Assembly (NCBI GenBank): GCA_963845565.1 | Contig: CAWJSJ010000006.1 | Location: 1-64,000, forward strand | DNA from: an uncultured Methylomirabilota bacterium | Lineage (GTDB): Bacteria; Methylomirabilota; Methylomirabilia; Methylomirabilales; 2-02-FULL-66-22 | DNA length: 64,000 nucleotides | Direction of reading: 5' to 3' | Shown: positions 1 to 11,158 of the stretch, piece by piece | Position numbering within the stretch: position 1 is the stretch's first letter | Layout: the number at the start of each line of letters is the position of its first letter | Position numbers and translations under genes: made by a program | Notes under the pieces: generated by a model | Seen by the model: only the letters and a program-made list of their open reading frames with translations | Databases searched by the model: none | What the model was told of the DNA's origin: nothing

Positions 1-223
1 TCCAGTTCTCGATGAGGAACGGCGAACAGGACCACCTCATTCAGGTCCCGAAGCAGATCTGGCCATCTTTCATCCATCAGTTCGGGCATCATCCGTTCGT
101 GGTGCACTTCGGCGATCCCTGATGGTCAACCTGTACGGAGCCGTGGTGGTGGCGGGGGATCCCGATGGCCGGCCGGACCTGTTGGTGTGCAGCGGGATCC
201 CGGTTCAGGGGGGCGTGCCTTGA
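1..223 (+). CDS. 3' end of a hypothetical protein entering from outside the window (possibly frameshifted near 120)
   Basis: Frame 2 is open from 2 to TGA 221-223, which overlaps the TTG start of the RND gene; no recognisable motif. Confidence 0.35.
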   Translation, partial: PVLDEERRTGPPHSGPEADLAIFHPSVRASSVRGALRRSLMVNLYGAVVVAGDPDGRPDLLVCSGIPVQGGVP

Positions 224-3200
224 GCGATCAAACACTGAAAGAGAAGCTGACCGATGCCGCGGGGGCGGTATCCCAGGCTCGTGGGAACATCAGCCGCTGG
301 TCCATCGAGCATCCGTACATCGTCATCGCATTTTATGTTGCGGTGGCGGCGCTGTCGCTGCTCGCCCTGTTCTTCCAGATGCCCCAGCGAATGATGCCGT
401 ACGTGGAGAGCCCGATGGTCGGCATCGTCTCGATGATGCCTGGCCTCTCGGCCGAGGAGATGGAGACGTATTTCTCCAAGCCGATCGAGGAGCGCATGGT
501 GGATCTGAAGAATGTCCACTTCATCCGCTCCACCTCCCAGGAAGGCTTTTCCACCGTGACCGTGGAGTTCTGGTACGGCACGGACATGCGGAAGGCACTG
601 TTCGACGTCCAGTCGCTCATGAATGTCGTTCAGGCCGATCTCCCCATGACGGGCGCGAATCTGAAGCCGTCGTGGGTCCTGCCCATCGACCCCCTGAACC
701 TCCCGGTGCTTTCCCTGGCGGTGACGGCCGAGGGCTATGATCCGGTGCAGCTCCGCACGCTGGTCGAGAACGAGGTCGTCAACCGGCTGAAAGGGGTGAA
801 GGACGTCCAGTCGGTGGTCGCATTCGGCGGCCAGCGGCTCCAGATGCAGGTGATCGTGGACCGGGAAAGGCTGGCCGCCTACCGGATGAGCCTCCTTGAC
901 CTCAAGAACATCCTGGACATGCAGAACCAGTCCAGGCCGGCGGGAAACCTCACCTCCCGGGATCGGGAGATCCTCGTGCGAAGCGATCTCCGGGCGCGCA
1001 CGCCCGAAGAAGTGGCCGCGTACCCCATCGGCAGCATGGACGGGCGAACGATCTATCTCCGGGACGTGGCCCAGGTGGTGACCGCGCCGCGTGAGCAGCG
1101 GAGTCTGTACCGCTTCAACGGCAAGGAAGCCGTGGAGCTGTCCGTCATCCAGCAGCCAGAGGCCAGTTCGGTCCGCGTCATCGAGGACGTTCAGGCCAAG
1201 TTGGCGGAGATCCGGCAGGACTTTCCCGGCCTAACGTTCGACGTCGCCTACGACAACGCGACCTTCGTGGGCTTCCTGATGAACAACATGAAGCAGGAGA
1301 TCCTTGTCGCCATCCTTCTGACCGGGCTCGTCGTGCTCTTGTTCTTGGGAAACCTACGCGGCGCGCTGATCTCGGTCGTCACGATCCCGCTCTCGTTGGC
1401 GCTCGCCGTCCTGGCCATGCTGCCCTTCGGGATGACGCTGAACAGTTCGACCCTCATTGGGCTGCTGATGTCCATCGGGCGACTCGTGGACGACTCCATC
1501 ATCGACCTCCACGCCATCGAGCGGCATCTCAGGATGGGCAAGTCGCCGAAGGACGCCGCAGTGGACGGGATCAGCGAGGTGCGCCTGGCGATCCTCGCCA
1601 CCACCTTCATGGTCTGCGTCGCGCTGTTGCCGCTGGCATTCTCCGGCGGCATCGTCCAGCTCATGTTCGAGGGAATCGTCTGGCCGATCATCTTCAGCCT
1701 GCTGGCCTCTGCGCTGGTGTCATTCACCCTCACGGCCCTCTTGGCGGCGAACCTGCTTACGGTGCCCCTCGAGCGGGAGGTTGCGGGCCGAACGCGGCTG
1801 GAGCGGTTCCTGCTTGACCCCATGCAACGCGCGCTGGACCGCCTGGAGACCCGATACCGCGGGGGCTTGGGCTGGTGCCTCCGGAACCGCTTCACGGTCC
1901 TGGCCGCGGCGACAGCCATGATATTGGCGGGGGTCGCGCTTTACCCGAAGATCGGCAGCGAGATGATGCCGCTGGCTGATGTCTCTCAGGCCTACGCGCA
2001 GCTCGAGACCCAGCCCGGCACTTCGTTCCCGCGGACCGCAGAAATTGCCGGCCAGATCGAGCAGCTCTTGGTGAAGCAGCCCGAGGTGGTCAGGGTCTCC
2101 TCGGAAATCGGCTTCGAGCCAGGAGGGACCTACTTCACCGGATATGGTATGGGGGCGGCCAATGCGGCTAGCATGATGATCACGCTGGTTGATTCCTCGC
2201 AGCGCACGCGGGATATCTGGCAGGTGGTGGACGGGGTCCGCGACGAAGCCGTACGAACGATTCCCGGCATCCGTCGCCTATCCATCAAGGAGATGGGAGC
2301 GGATGTCATGGCCTCCAGCGCGGCACCGATCCAGGTGATCATCTATGGGCCGGACCTCGCGACGCTTCACGCGCTGGGCGAACAGACGCTCAAGCTGGCG
2401 GAAGAGATACCGGGTTTCGTGCAGGCCTCCACTTCCTGGTCCATGACGCTCCCGCAGCTCCACGTCGAGGTGGATCGGGCCCGCGCGCAGGAGATTGGCC
2501 TCGCGGTCGAGGAGGTGGCGAACCAGGCCTACTACGCGCTGAAGGGGGGGCTCACCAACGAGTACTACCGTGTAGACAACCAGCGCCTCTTTACCATCCT
2601 TCTCCGATATCGCGAGGACCAGCGGAAAGACCGGTTGGATCTCGCGCAGGTGAAGATCGCGGGAAAAAAGGGCGAGGTCGTCCCCCTCGGCTCGCTGGCC
2701 CGGTTGGAGGAGCGACCGGGGCCGACCCTCGTCGAGCGCGACAACTTCCGGCGCGTCGTGTCCATCCTGGGGTACTACCGCAAGGGGGGACCGCCGAGCA
2801 TGGATCTGTCCATGGATCTACTCATGGCGGCCCACGAGAAGTTGAACCTCCCGCCGGGGTACGGAATCGAGATGCGCGGAGACATGACCCAGATGGAGGA
2901 GTCGTTCCAGCGACTCCTCAAGGGGCTCTACCTGGCCGTCATCTTCATGCTTCTGATCCTGGTGGCCCAGTTCCGGAGTTTCCTGGAACCGCTGAACATG
3001 GTCTTCTCATTGTCGCTCATGTTGATCGGCATCCTGGGTGGCCTATTTGTGGCCGGCCAGACCTTCTCGACAGTCTCTATGCTTGCCGTCGTCATCCTGG
3101 CTGGGATGATGATGACCACTGCGGTGCTGATGATCGACCTCGTCCTGGTGCTGCGAGAGGGAGGAATGTCACGGGAAGAGGCCATCCTCACCGCCGGTCC

Positions 3201-3465
3201 CATCCGGCTGCGTCCGATCCTCATGACGTCGCTCACTACCATGATTGTCTTGATCCCCGTGGCGTTCTGGCCGCAGACCGGCATCGATGCATACGCTCCG
3301 CTGGCCACGGTGATCCTGGGGGGTCTGAGCATCGGCACGGTCCTGGCCCTGTTCGTCGTGCCGGTGATACATACGTATACGGATGATCTGGCCGAGCTGG
3401 CACACGCGGCGGTCCGCCGCCTCCGCGGCCAATCGGCGGCGAAAGCCGATGGAGGTGTCCGATGA
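220..3465 (+). CDS. RND efflux permease (AcrB/CusA family)
   Basis: ~1080 aa; [38 protein letters not shown] motifs; TTG start at 220 assumed. Confidence 0.93.
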   Translation: MSDQTLKEKLTDAAGAVSQARGNISRWSIEHPYIVIAFYVAVAALSLLALFFQMPQRMMPYVESPMVGIVSMMPGLSAEEMETYFSKPIEERMVDLKNVHFIRSTSQEGFSTVTVEFWYGTDMRKALFDVQSLMNVVQADLPMTGANLKPSWVLPIDPLNLPVLSLAVTAEGYDPVQLRTLVENEVVNRLKGVKDVQSVVAFGGQRLQMQVIVDRERLAAYRMSLLDLKNILDMQNQSRPAGNLTSRDREILVRSDLRARTPEEVAAYPIGSMDGRTIYLRDVAQVVTAPREQRSLYRFNGKEAVELSVIQQPEASSVRVIEDVQAKLAEIRQDFPGLTFDVAYDNATFVGFLMNNMKQEILVAILLTGLVVLLFLGNLRGALISVVTIPLSLALAVLAMLPFGMTLNSSTLIGLLMSIGRLVDDSIIDLHAIERHLRMGKSPKDAAVDGISEVRLAILATTFMVCVALLPLAFSGGIVQLMFEGIVWPIIFSLLASALVSFTLTALLAANLLTVPLEREVAGRTRLERFLLDPMQRALDRLETRYRGGLGWCLRNRFTVLAAATAMILAGVALYPKIGSEMMPLADVSQAYAQLETQPGTSFPRTAEIAGQIEQLLVKQPEVVRVSSEIGFEPGGTYFTGYGMGAANAASMMITLVDSSQRTRDIWQVVDGVRDEAVRTIPGIRRLSIKEMGADVMASSAAPIQVIIYGPDLATLHALGEQTLKLAEEIPGFVQASTSWSMTLPQLHVEVDRARAQEIGLAVEEVANQAYYALKGGLTNEYYRVDNQRLFTILLRYREDQRKDRLDLAQVKIAGKKGEVVPLGSLARLEERPGPTLVERDNFRRVVSILGYYRKGGPPSMDLSMDLLMAAHEKLNLPPGYGIEMRGDMTQMEESFQRLLKGLYLAVIFMLLILVAQFRSFLEPLNMVFSLSLMLIGILGGLFVAGQTFSTVSMLAVVILAGMMMTTAVLMIDLVLVLREGGMSREEAILTAGPIRLRPILMTSLTTMIVLIPVAFWPQTGIDAYAPLATVILGGLSIGTVLALFVVPVIHTYTDDLAELAHAAVRRLRGQSAAKADGGVR

Positions 3466-4910
3466 CATGGGTCCGAAATGTGCTCGCGCTCCTCGTGGTG
3501 GTCGCGGCCGGGAGCTGGGCGTACTACACCAATGTCGTGGCGAAGCCGCATGCCATGGACATGAGCGCCCGGGTGACGGGCGCCGCGTCGGCGTTTCCGG
3601 TGACGCTCGCCACCGTCGAACAGGGTGCCGTCCGCGGGACCGTGGCGTACACCGGCTCGGTGGCCGCCTATAACGAGGAAGACGTGTACGCGCGCGTGAC
3701 GGGGCGCATCCTGGAGATGGCCGTGTATCCCGGGGACGCTGTCAAGGCTGGGCAGGTGGTCGCGCGGTTGGATGACCTGGAGCTGACGTCCCGGGTACAG
3801 GAGGCGGACGCCGCTGCCGCGAGCGCGCACGCCAACCGCGCGCAGATGGATGCGGACCTGGCGGCCTCACGGTACGCGATCACGCAGGCGGAAAAGGAGC
3901 TGGCGACGGCAGAGGCCGAGGCGGGGTACCAGCAGTCCGTGGCCACCCGCGACGAGCGGCTCCTGAGCAAGGGCGCGGTGTCCCAGCAGGAGGCCGACAA
4001 CACACGCGCCCTGGCGGCGGCGGCGCAGGCGCGGGTGGGGGCGGCGCGAGCACGGATCGAACAGGCCAAGGCCCTGGAGACGTCTGCGCAGCGGAAGCTG
4101 GAGGCGGCCGACGCCATCGTCCTGCAGGGGCAGGCGCAGGCCCGGACGGCCCAGGTGGTACGGGACTACGTCAATATCCGGGTCACGACTGCCGGCAACG
4201 TCGTGAAGCGCCTGGTCGCGCCCGGCGTCCTCGTGCAGCCCGGGACGCCCGTCCTGAAGATCGTCCAGGTGGATCAGGTCCGCCTCCAGGCGAACGTCGG
4301 GGAACAGGACCTGGCGGGCATCCGCGTCGGGTCGCCGGTGACCGTCCTCTTGGCCGGGAACGCCGGGGAGCCCCTCACGGCCAAGGTGTCCTCCATCTCT
4401 CCGTTCGTGGATCCCGGGGCGCGCACAGCGCTGGTGGAGGCGGTGGTCCCGAACCCCGGGCGGCGGCTCCTCCCGGGGCAGTACGTGCAGATGCAGTTCG
4501 TCACCGGCGAGCAACGCAATGCCCTGTCCGTGCCGCGCGAGGCCGTCGCGCGCAGCGGCGACAGCGCCAGCGTGTGGGTGGTCGCGGACGACCGTGTCGA
4601 GCGCCGCCAGGTGACCACGGGCCTGGAGAGCCAGGACCGCGTGGAGATCGTGGCCGGGCTCGATGCGGGCGAGCGGGTCGTGCGCCGCGGCCACGAGGGG
4701 CTGTACTCCGGCGCACGGATCGCGGATATGGCGGTAGGTCCGCCGCCTGTCGCCGGGCACGCGGGCCATGGAACGGGCTCGCCCGCGGTCTCCAAGCCAT
4801 CGGGACCGGCGCCGACTTCTGCGGACGCTCCGTCGCCTCACACCGGACACGGGACAGCCACTCCCACACCACCCCGTACCTCGGGAGGTCAAACGCATGG
4901 GAGCCATTAA
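3462..4910 (+). CDS. RND periplasmic adaptor (MFP) with His/Pro-rich C-terminal tail
   Basis: N-terminal TM, lipoyl-like VYPGDAVKAGQ, alpha hairpin, LLPGQYV; ATGA overlap with the RND gene. Confidence 0.92.
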   Translation: MTWVRNVLALLVVVAAGSWAYYTNVVAKPHAMDMSARVTGAASAFPVTLATVEQGAVRGTVAYTGSVAAYNEEDVYARVTGRILEMAVYPGDAVKAGQVVARLDDLELTSRVQEADAAAASAHANRAQMDADLAASRYAITQAEKELATAEAEAGYQQSVATRDERLLSKGAVSQQEADNTRALAAAAQARVGAARARIEQAKALETSAQRKLEAADAIVLQGQAQARTAQVVRDYVNIRVTTAGNVVKRLVAPGVLVQPGTPVLKIVQVDQVRLQANVGEQDLAGIRVGSPVTVLLAGNAGEPLTAKVSSISPFVDPGARTALVEAVVPNPGRRLLPGQYVQMQFVTGEQRNALSVPREAVARSGDSASVWVVADDRVERRQVTTGLESQDRVEIVAGLDAGERVVRRGHEGLYSGARIADMAVGPPPVAGHAGHGTGSPAVSKPSGPAPTSADAPSPHTGHGTATPTPPRTSGGQTHGSH

Positions 4911-6252
4911 CGTGCACACCATCGTCGGCGGACTGGTCGCCTTCGCGATCGCGATCCCGGTCGTGCAAGTCTTCGCGGCGCAAGACGCACTTCCGCGGCT
5001 TGACGGCTCGATCAGCATGGACCAGGCAGTGAACTTGGCCTTGGAGCACAGCCGGAAGATCAAGGCCGCGGCGGCCGACCAACGCGCCATGCGCTCCATG
5101 CAGGGGGAGGCGACGGCGGGCTTCTTCCCGCAGGCCTCGGCGAACGGGTACCTGATCAACCAGAACATGGCCCCGAACATCTACACCTCGGCCGGCGACA
5201 CCATGGCGCGCAACTACTTCTTCTCCGGGACGAACCGGGCCCAGGATGTGAATGTCAGCGTCATGTGGCCGCTCTTCTCCGGGGGGCGGACCTACTATGG
5301 CTACAAGGCGGCGCGCTCACGGGCGGACGCCGCCGCACTGATGCGCGCAGGGACCGAGCTCGACGTTGCCATGCAGGTGCGGCTCGATTACATCGCCGCG
5401 ATGCGCGAGCAGGAGAACGCGCGGGTGACGGCGGACCTGCTCCGGCAAACCGAGGAGCGCCTCCGGGTGACCCGCGAGGAATTCGACGCCGGGCGCGTCG
5501 CGCGGTTCAATGTGCTGCGCGACGAGGCCGAGCTGGCGTTTGCCACCCAGCTCGACACGGCTGCGCGTAGTCAGGCGGCCATGGCCCTCGTGGCCCTGAA
5601 GACGACACTCGGCGTGGACCTGGGCTCCTCGTTGACGGCGACCGAACCGTTGCAGTACACGCCGGAACCGGCCTCGGTCGAGGAGGGGGTCCGGACCGCA
5701 CTCGAGGGGCATCCTGAGGTCCAGGCGGCGGAGAAGCGCACCGAAGCCGCGAAATCCGAGGTGCGCTCCGCATATGGCCGGTATTTACCCGAGGTGTCCG
5801 CGACCTGGATGTACGACTGGCAGTGGGCGCGCAATCGGGGCGATGAGATGACGGAGCGGATGGACGGCTACTCGGCCGGCCTCGTCCTGACCATCCCGCT
5901 CTTCGATGGCTTCATGCGGGAGCATGCCGTCGGAACGGCCCGGGCACGCGAGGACCAGGCGAAAGAGCAGGCGATGCTGGCGCGCCAGCAGATCGCCAAA
6001 GCGGTGAACCAGGCGGCGCTGTTGCTCCAGGCCGCCGAGCAGAACGTCGGGGCCAGCCGGAAGGGCCTGGCCCAGGCGGACGAGCAGTTCCGCATCGTGC
6101 AGGAGCGGTACGCGAGCGGGCGGGGCATCCATGTCGAGGTGCTCGACGCACAGACGACCCTCACCCGCGCGCGCTTCAACGTGGTGGCCGCGCTCGCCGA
6201 CCATCACACGGCCCGCGCCTTGTGGTTGCAGGCCACGGGGCGGGTGCGCTGA
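4897..6252 (+). CDS. TolC-family outer membrane efflux protein
   Basis: Signal peptide, WPLFSGG and IPLFDG repeats, YASG..EVLDAQ; ATG 4897 after GGAGG. Confidence 0.92.
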   Translation: MGAINVHTIVGGLVAFAIAIPVVQVFAAQDALPRLDGSISMDQAVNLALEHSRKIKAAAADQRAMRSMQGEATAGFFPQASANGYLINQNMAPNIYTSAGDTMARNYFFSGTNRAQDVNVSVMWPLFSGGRTYYGYKAARSRADAAALMRAGTELDVAMQVRLDYIAAMREQENARVTADLLRQTEERLRVTREEFDAGRVARFNVLRDEAELAFATQLDTAARSQAAMALVALKTTLGVDLGSSLTATEPLQYTPEPASVEEGVRTALEGHPEVQAAEKRTEAAKSEVRSAYGRYLPEVSATWMYDWQWARNRGDEMTERMDGYSAGLVLTIPLFDGFMREHAVGTARAREDQAKEQAMLARQQIAKAVNQAALLLQAAEQNVGASRKGLAQADEQFRIVQERYASGRGIHVEVLDAQTTLTRARFNVVAALADHHTARALWLQATGRVR

Positions 6253-6253
6253 G

Positions 6254-6380
6254 TCAGGCTGCTGAAAAAGACCCATCTGCGTCGTTGGCGCGCTCGGGCA
6301 CTCGCTGCGGCGTACCTGGAGTACGCCTCACTCGGCCCTTCGCGCGCCGCCTTGCATCTGGGCCTTTTTGAGCAGCCTGA
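6254..6380. mobile_element. MITE/REP-like element family A, copy 1
   Basis: 17-bp terminal inverted repeat TCAGGCTGCTGAAAAAG / CTTTTTGAGCAGCCTGA (1 mismatch) and internal GGCGTAC..GTACGCC hairpin. Confidence 0.85.
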
Positions 6381-6414
6381 TAGGCTGCCAATCGATTTGC
6401 AGAAAGGAGTAGAC

Positions 6415-6753
6415 ATGCATGGACGTTCGCTGATTCTCTTAATCGTTTCCGCGCTGGCCGCCGGCACACTGGTGCAGGTGTCCCCTCTGCTAGCCGGGCA
6501 GGCGCCTGCCCCCGCCACTGGCGGGCATTCTATGCCGATGCATGGGCAGCACGTGGGTGCGCTGGACCTCAACACCGCCTCACTCGAGGAGTTGCGAATG
6601 GTGCCCGGCATAAACGAGGCGACTGCAAAGAAGATCGTGGAGAGCCGGCCTTACGCGCGGGCGGACGAGTTGGTGACGAAAAAGGTGCTCTCGAAGGCGG
6701 CGTACGACAACATCAAGGAGCACATTGCGGTGACCAAACCGGCTGGAAAGTAG
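6415..6753 (+). CDS. Secreted ComEA-like helix-hairpin-helix protein
   Basis: Signal peptide, LDLNTASLEEL..VPGI...AKKIV..RPY; AAAGGAG RBS. Confidence 0.85.
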   Translation: MHGRSLILLIVSALAAGTLVQVSPLLAGQAPAPATGGHSMPMHGQHVGALDLNTASLEELRMVPGINEATAKKIVESRPYARADELVTKKVLSKAAYDNIKEHIAVTKPAGK

Positions 6754-6765
6754 GGGGACGCGCCG

Positions 6766-7321
6766 ATGCAACACTGGCAGTACTGGTCGAGGAGTCTCCT
6801 GTTGAGCTTCGCCCTCACGGTCGTCGCGGTCCCGGCGTGGGCGCAGCAGGGCGGGATGACGGCTATGGGCGACCGGCCGACCGGGTCGTCCCGATCGGCG
6901 AGCCCGTCGAAGAGCGGGACGATGGCGCCCGAGACGCGGCCGAATGCGGGTTCGATGGGCGGCAGCGGGATCTCCAGCATGCCCGCAACCCGACCCCTCG
7001 GGGTCGCAGGGTTGGGCGTCCAATCCGGGATGTCCGGCATGGCCGGAATCTCAGGGTCCCAGGGGGCGTCATCCGGCATGGGAGGTATGCCAGGGAGCGA
7101 AGTCGTCAAGCGCCTCGGGCATGAGTGGAGGTGCGGGGATGGCCAAGGGATCTGCCGGGATGTCGAGCGCCGGCAGCATGGGCGGTTCCTCCGGTCAAGG
7201 CAGCCGCGCTGGTATGGGCGGACAATCAGGCCTTTCCGGGGTAGGTGGAGGGGTGGGGTCGCCAAGCGGCGCTCCCGCTGCATCGAGTGCGGGCCGCATG
7301 TCGGGGATGCCGGCGCGGTAG
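6766..7321 (+). CDS. Secreted Gly/Ser/Met-rich low-complexity protein (frameshift near 7093-7095)
   Basis: Signal peptide ending AWA-QQ; GM/SGM-rich composition continues in the 6944..7321 frame after the GGG at 7093-7095. Confidence 0.65.
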
Positions 7322-7353
7322 CCATCACTGCGTGATGCCTTCAAGATTTTTTC

Positions 7354-7382
7354 TTGACAGGACGCTGGTGTTAGTTTAAAAA
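7354..7382 (+). promoter_or_regulatory. Putative sigma70 promoter of the met operon
   Basis: TTGACA at 7354-7359 followed by an AT-rich -10 zone just upstream of the riboswitch. Confidence 0.55.
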
Positions 7383-7390
7383 AACCAGAC

Positions 7391-7503
7391 TTCTCATCCA
7401 GAGTGGCAGAGGGATAGGCCCTACGAAGCCACGGCAACCCCGCACCAAATGCGGGGTGCCAACTCCTACCCCGGCGGTACGTTCGGTCGGGGAAAGATGA
7501 GAG
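7391..7503 (+). ncRNA. SAM-I (S-box) riboswitch
   Basis: CTCATCCAGAG..GGCAGAGGGA..GGCCC..GAAGCC..GGCAACC...GGTGCCAACTCC...GAAAGATGAG consensus; P1 TTCTCATC/GATGAGAG; upstream of metY. Confidence 0.96.
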
Positions 7504-7520
7504 GGGGAAAAGTCCGCTTT

Positions 7521-7562
7521 AACCCCTTCTCATTCGGATTGATGAGAGGGGGTTTTCTTTTT
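7521..7562 (+). terminator. Intrinsic terminator of the riboswitch expression platform
   Basis: CCCCTTCTCATT/GATGAGAGGGGG stem plus T tract; the 3' arm equals the P1 3' strand (7496-7507), allowing an alternative antiterminator pairing. Confidence 0.9.
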
Positions 7563-7588
7563 CAGGCGGAGAGGGGAGCGGGGAATGA

Positions 7589-9134
<1,546 letters not shown>

Positions 9135-9177
9135 GGTGAAACTGGTGTTTCAGGATCCTACTAAGGGGGCGACGACC

Positions 9178-10425
9178 ATGATCGTCCACACGCAGCAGGT
9201 CACGTTCGACGAGGAACTCCGCTTGAAGAGCGGGGCGACCCTCAAGCCGGTCACCTTGGCGTACGAGACCTACGGCACCTTGAACGCGGATCGCAGCAAC
9301 ACCATTCTCATTTGCCATGCACTGTCCGGCGACGCGCATGTCGCCGGACAGCATTCCCCTCACGACCGGAAGCCCGGCTGGTGGGACGATGCGGTGGGGC
9401 CCGGGAAGGCGTTCGACACCGAACGCTACTTCATCGTCTGTTCGAACGTCATCGCCGGATGTTCGGGCAGCACCGGGCCCTCCTCGATCAACCCCGAGAC
9501 GGGCCGCCCGTATGGGCTTTCCTTCCCGGTGGTCACCGTCGCGGACATGGTGGAGGCGCAGCGCTGGCTGATCGACGCCCTGGACATCCCCTCGCTTCTG
9601 TGCGTGACCGGGGGGAGCATGGGTGGCATGCAGGCCCTGCAATGGGCGGTATCCTATCCGGACCGGGTGCGAAGCGCGCTGGTGCTCGCGTCGACCGCGT
9701 GCACCTCGGCCCAGACGATCGCGCTGAACGAGGTCCCGCGTCAGGCGATCTACGCGGACCCCAACTGGAACGAGGGGGACTATTACGGGAAAGAGCCGCC
9801 CAACGCCGGGCTGGCCGTGGCCCGGATGATCGGCCACATCACCTACCTCAGTGAAACCTCCATGCGGGAGAAGTTCGGCCGCCGGTTGCAGGAGCGCGAG
9901 CGGTACGGGTATGATTTTGCGACCGAGTTCGAAGTGGAGAGCTACCTGAAGTATCACGGAAACCGCTTCACCTCCCGGTTCGACGCCAACTCCTTCCTGT
10001 ACATCACCAAGGCCATCGACTACTTCGATCTGTCCCTCGGCCGCGGCGACCTGTCGGAGGCGTTCGCGGATGTCAAGGCAAAGATCCTGGTGCTCAGCTA
10101 CAGCTCCGACTGGCTCTATCCGCCGGAACAGTCCGAGGAGCTGGTCCGCGGGCTTCTGCGCAATGGGATCGACGCCAGCTACGTGGAGATCAAGAGCGAC
10201 TACGGTCACGATGCCTTCCTCTTGGAAGTCGAGCGACTCGGCGAGCTCGCGCGAGACTTTCTGGCGAAGGTCGAGCGAGAGACGTCTAGTCCCGCCGGTC
10301 CGGCGCAAGGGCCGCCGACCTCGGCTGCAGAGCGCGAGGAGAAGGTCTATCCGCTGGCATCTTGGGCGGCCAAGACGCGCGGCACGTGGCGGCTGGCGGA
10401 CGTCCGGCAACGGGAGACCGCATGA
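9178..10425 (+). CDS. metX: Homoserine O-acetyltransferase
   Basis: [31 protein letters not shown]. Confidence 0.96.
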   Translation: MIVHTQQVTFDEELRLKSGATLKPVTLAYETYGTLNADRSNTILICHALSGDAHVAGQHSPHDRKPGWWDDAVGPGKAFDTERYFIVCSNVIAGCSGSTGPSSINPETGRPYGLSFPVVTVADMVEAQRWLIDALDIPSLLCVTGGSMGGMQALQWAVSYPDRVRSALVLASTACTSAQTIALNEVPRQAIYADPNWNEGDYYGKEPPNAGLAVARMIGHITYLSETSMREKFGRRLQERERYGYDFATEFEVESYLKYHGNRFTSRFDANSFLYITKAIDYFDLSLGRGDLSEAFADVKAKILVLSYSSDWLYPPEQSEELVRGLLRNGIDASYVEIKSDYGHDAFLLEVERLGELARDFLAKVERETSSPAGPAQGPPTSAAEREEKVYPLASWAAKTRGTWRLADVRQRETA

Positions 10426-10997
10426 CTTCCTCGCGTCCAGACCTCGACGTGATCGTGCACATGGTTTCGGCAGGGTCCCGGGTATTGGACCTGGGTTGCG
10501 GCGATGGGACACTGCTCGCCGAGTTGGTTGCGCAGAAGGGGGTCCAAGGGCGGGGCGTCGAAGTGGACGAGGCCAAGGTCCGGGCGTGCATGTCGAAAGG
10601 GCTGTCGGTGCGCCACGGAAACATCGAGGATGGACTGGCAGATTTTCCCGACGGCATGTTCGACGTGGTGATCCTCAGTCAAACGGTCGCCTACCTGAAT
10701 CGACCGCTGGGCGTCATGCAGGAGATGGCCCGCGTCGGACGGTCGGCAATCATCTCGTTCGAGAACGCGGGGTACTGGAAGGCGCGCGGGCGATCGCTCT
10801 CCGGCGGCGGGGCCGGAACGACCCTCGTGTCCGGCCAGCCGCGCGTGCGGTCCATCACGCTCCCCCAGTTCGACGAAGTCCTACACCATCTCGGGCTCCG
10901 GGCCAAGGAACGGGTGCTGCTTTGCGGGTCGGAGCCGGTGCGGTGGTGGGCGACGCTCTTCGCCGATGCCGCCGTGTTCCGGGTGGCGAAGGGGTAA
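10422..10997 (+). CDS. metW: Methionine biosynthesis protein MetW
   Basis: [22 protein letters not shown]-coupled to metX. Confidence 0.88.
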   Translation: MTSSRPDLDVIVHMVSAGSRVLDLGCGDGTLLAELVAQKGVQGRGVEVDEAKVRACMSKGLSVRHGNIEDGLADFPDGMFDVVILSQTVAYLNRPLGVMQEMARVGRSAIISFENAGYWKARGRSLSGGGAGTTLVSGQPRVRSITLPQFDEVLHHLGLRAKERVLLCGSEPVRWWATLFADAAVFRVAKG

Positions 10998-11002
10998 TGG
11001 GA

Positions 11003-11119
11003 AGCGGTCAGCGTTCAGCCGTCGGCTATCAGCGACCAGCAAAGAATGAAGTCCGATCATTGCCGATCGTTCAGCGCTGACCGCTGAAGGCTAATCCTGG
11101 CTGCTGATCGCTGAACGCT
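11003..11119. repeat. Inverted array of degenerate 7-bp units
   Basis: Left arm AGCGGTC/AGCGTTC/AGCCGTC/GGCTATC/AGCGACC; right arm GCTGACC/GCTGAAG/../GCTGATC/GCTGAAC. Confidence 0.75.
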
Positions 11120-11158
11120 TGCGTGTGATCGTGTTCTATTCACGAACGTAGGGACGAC

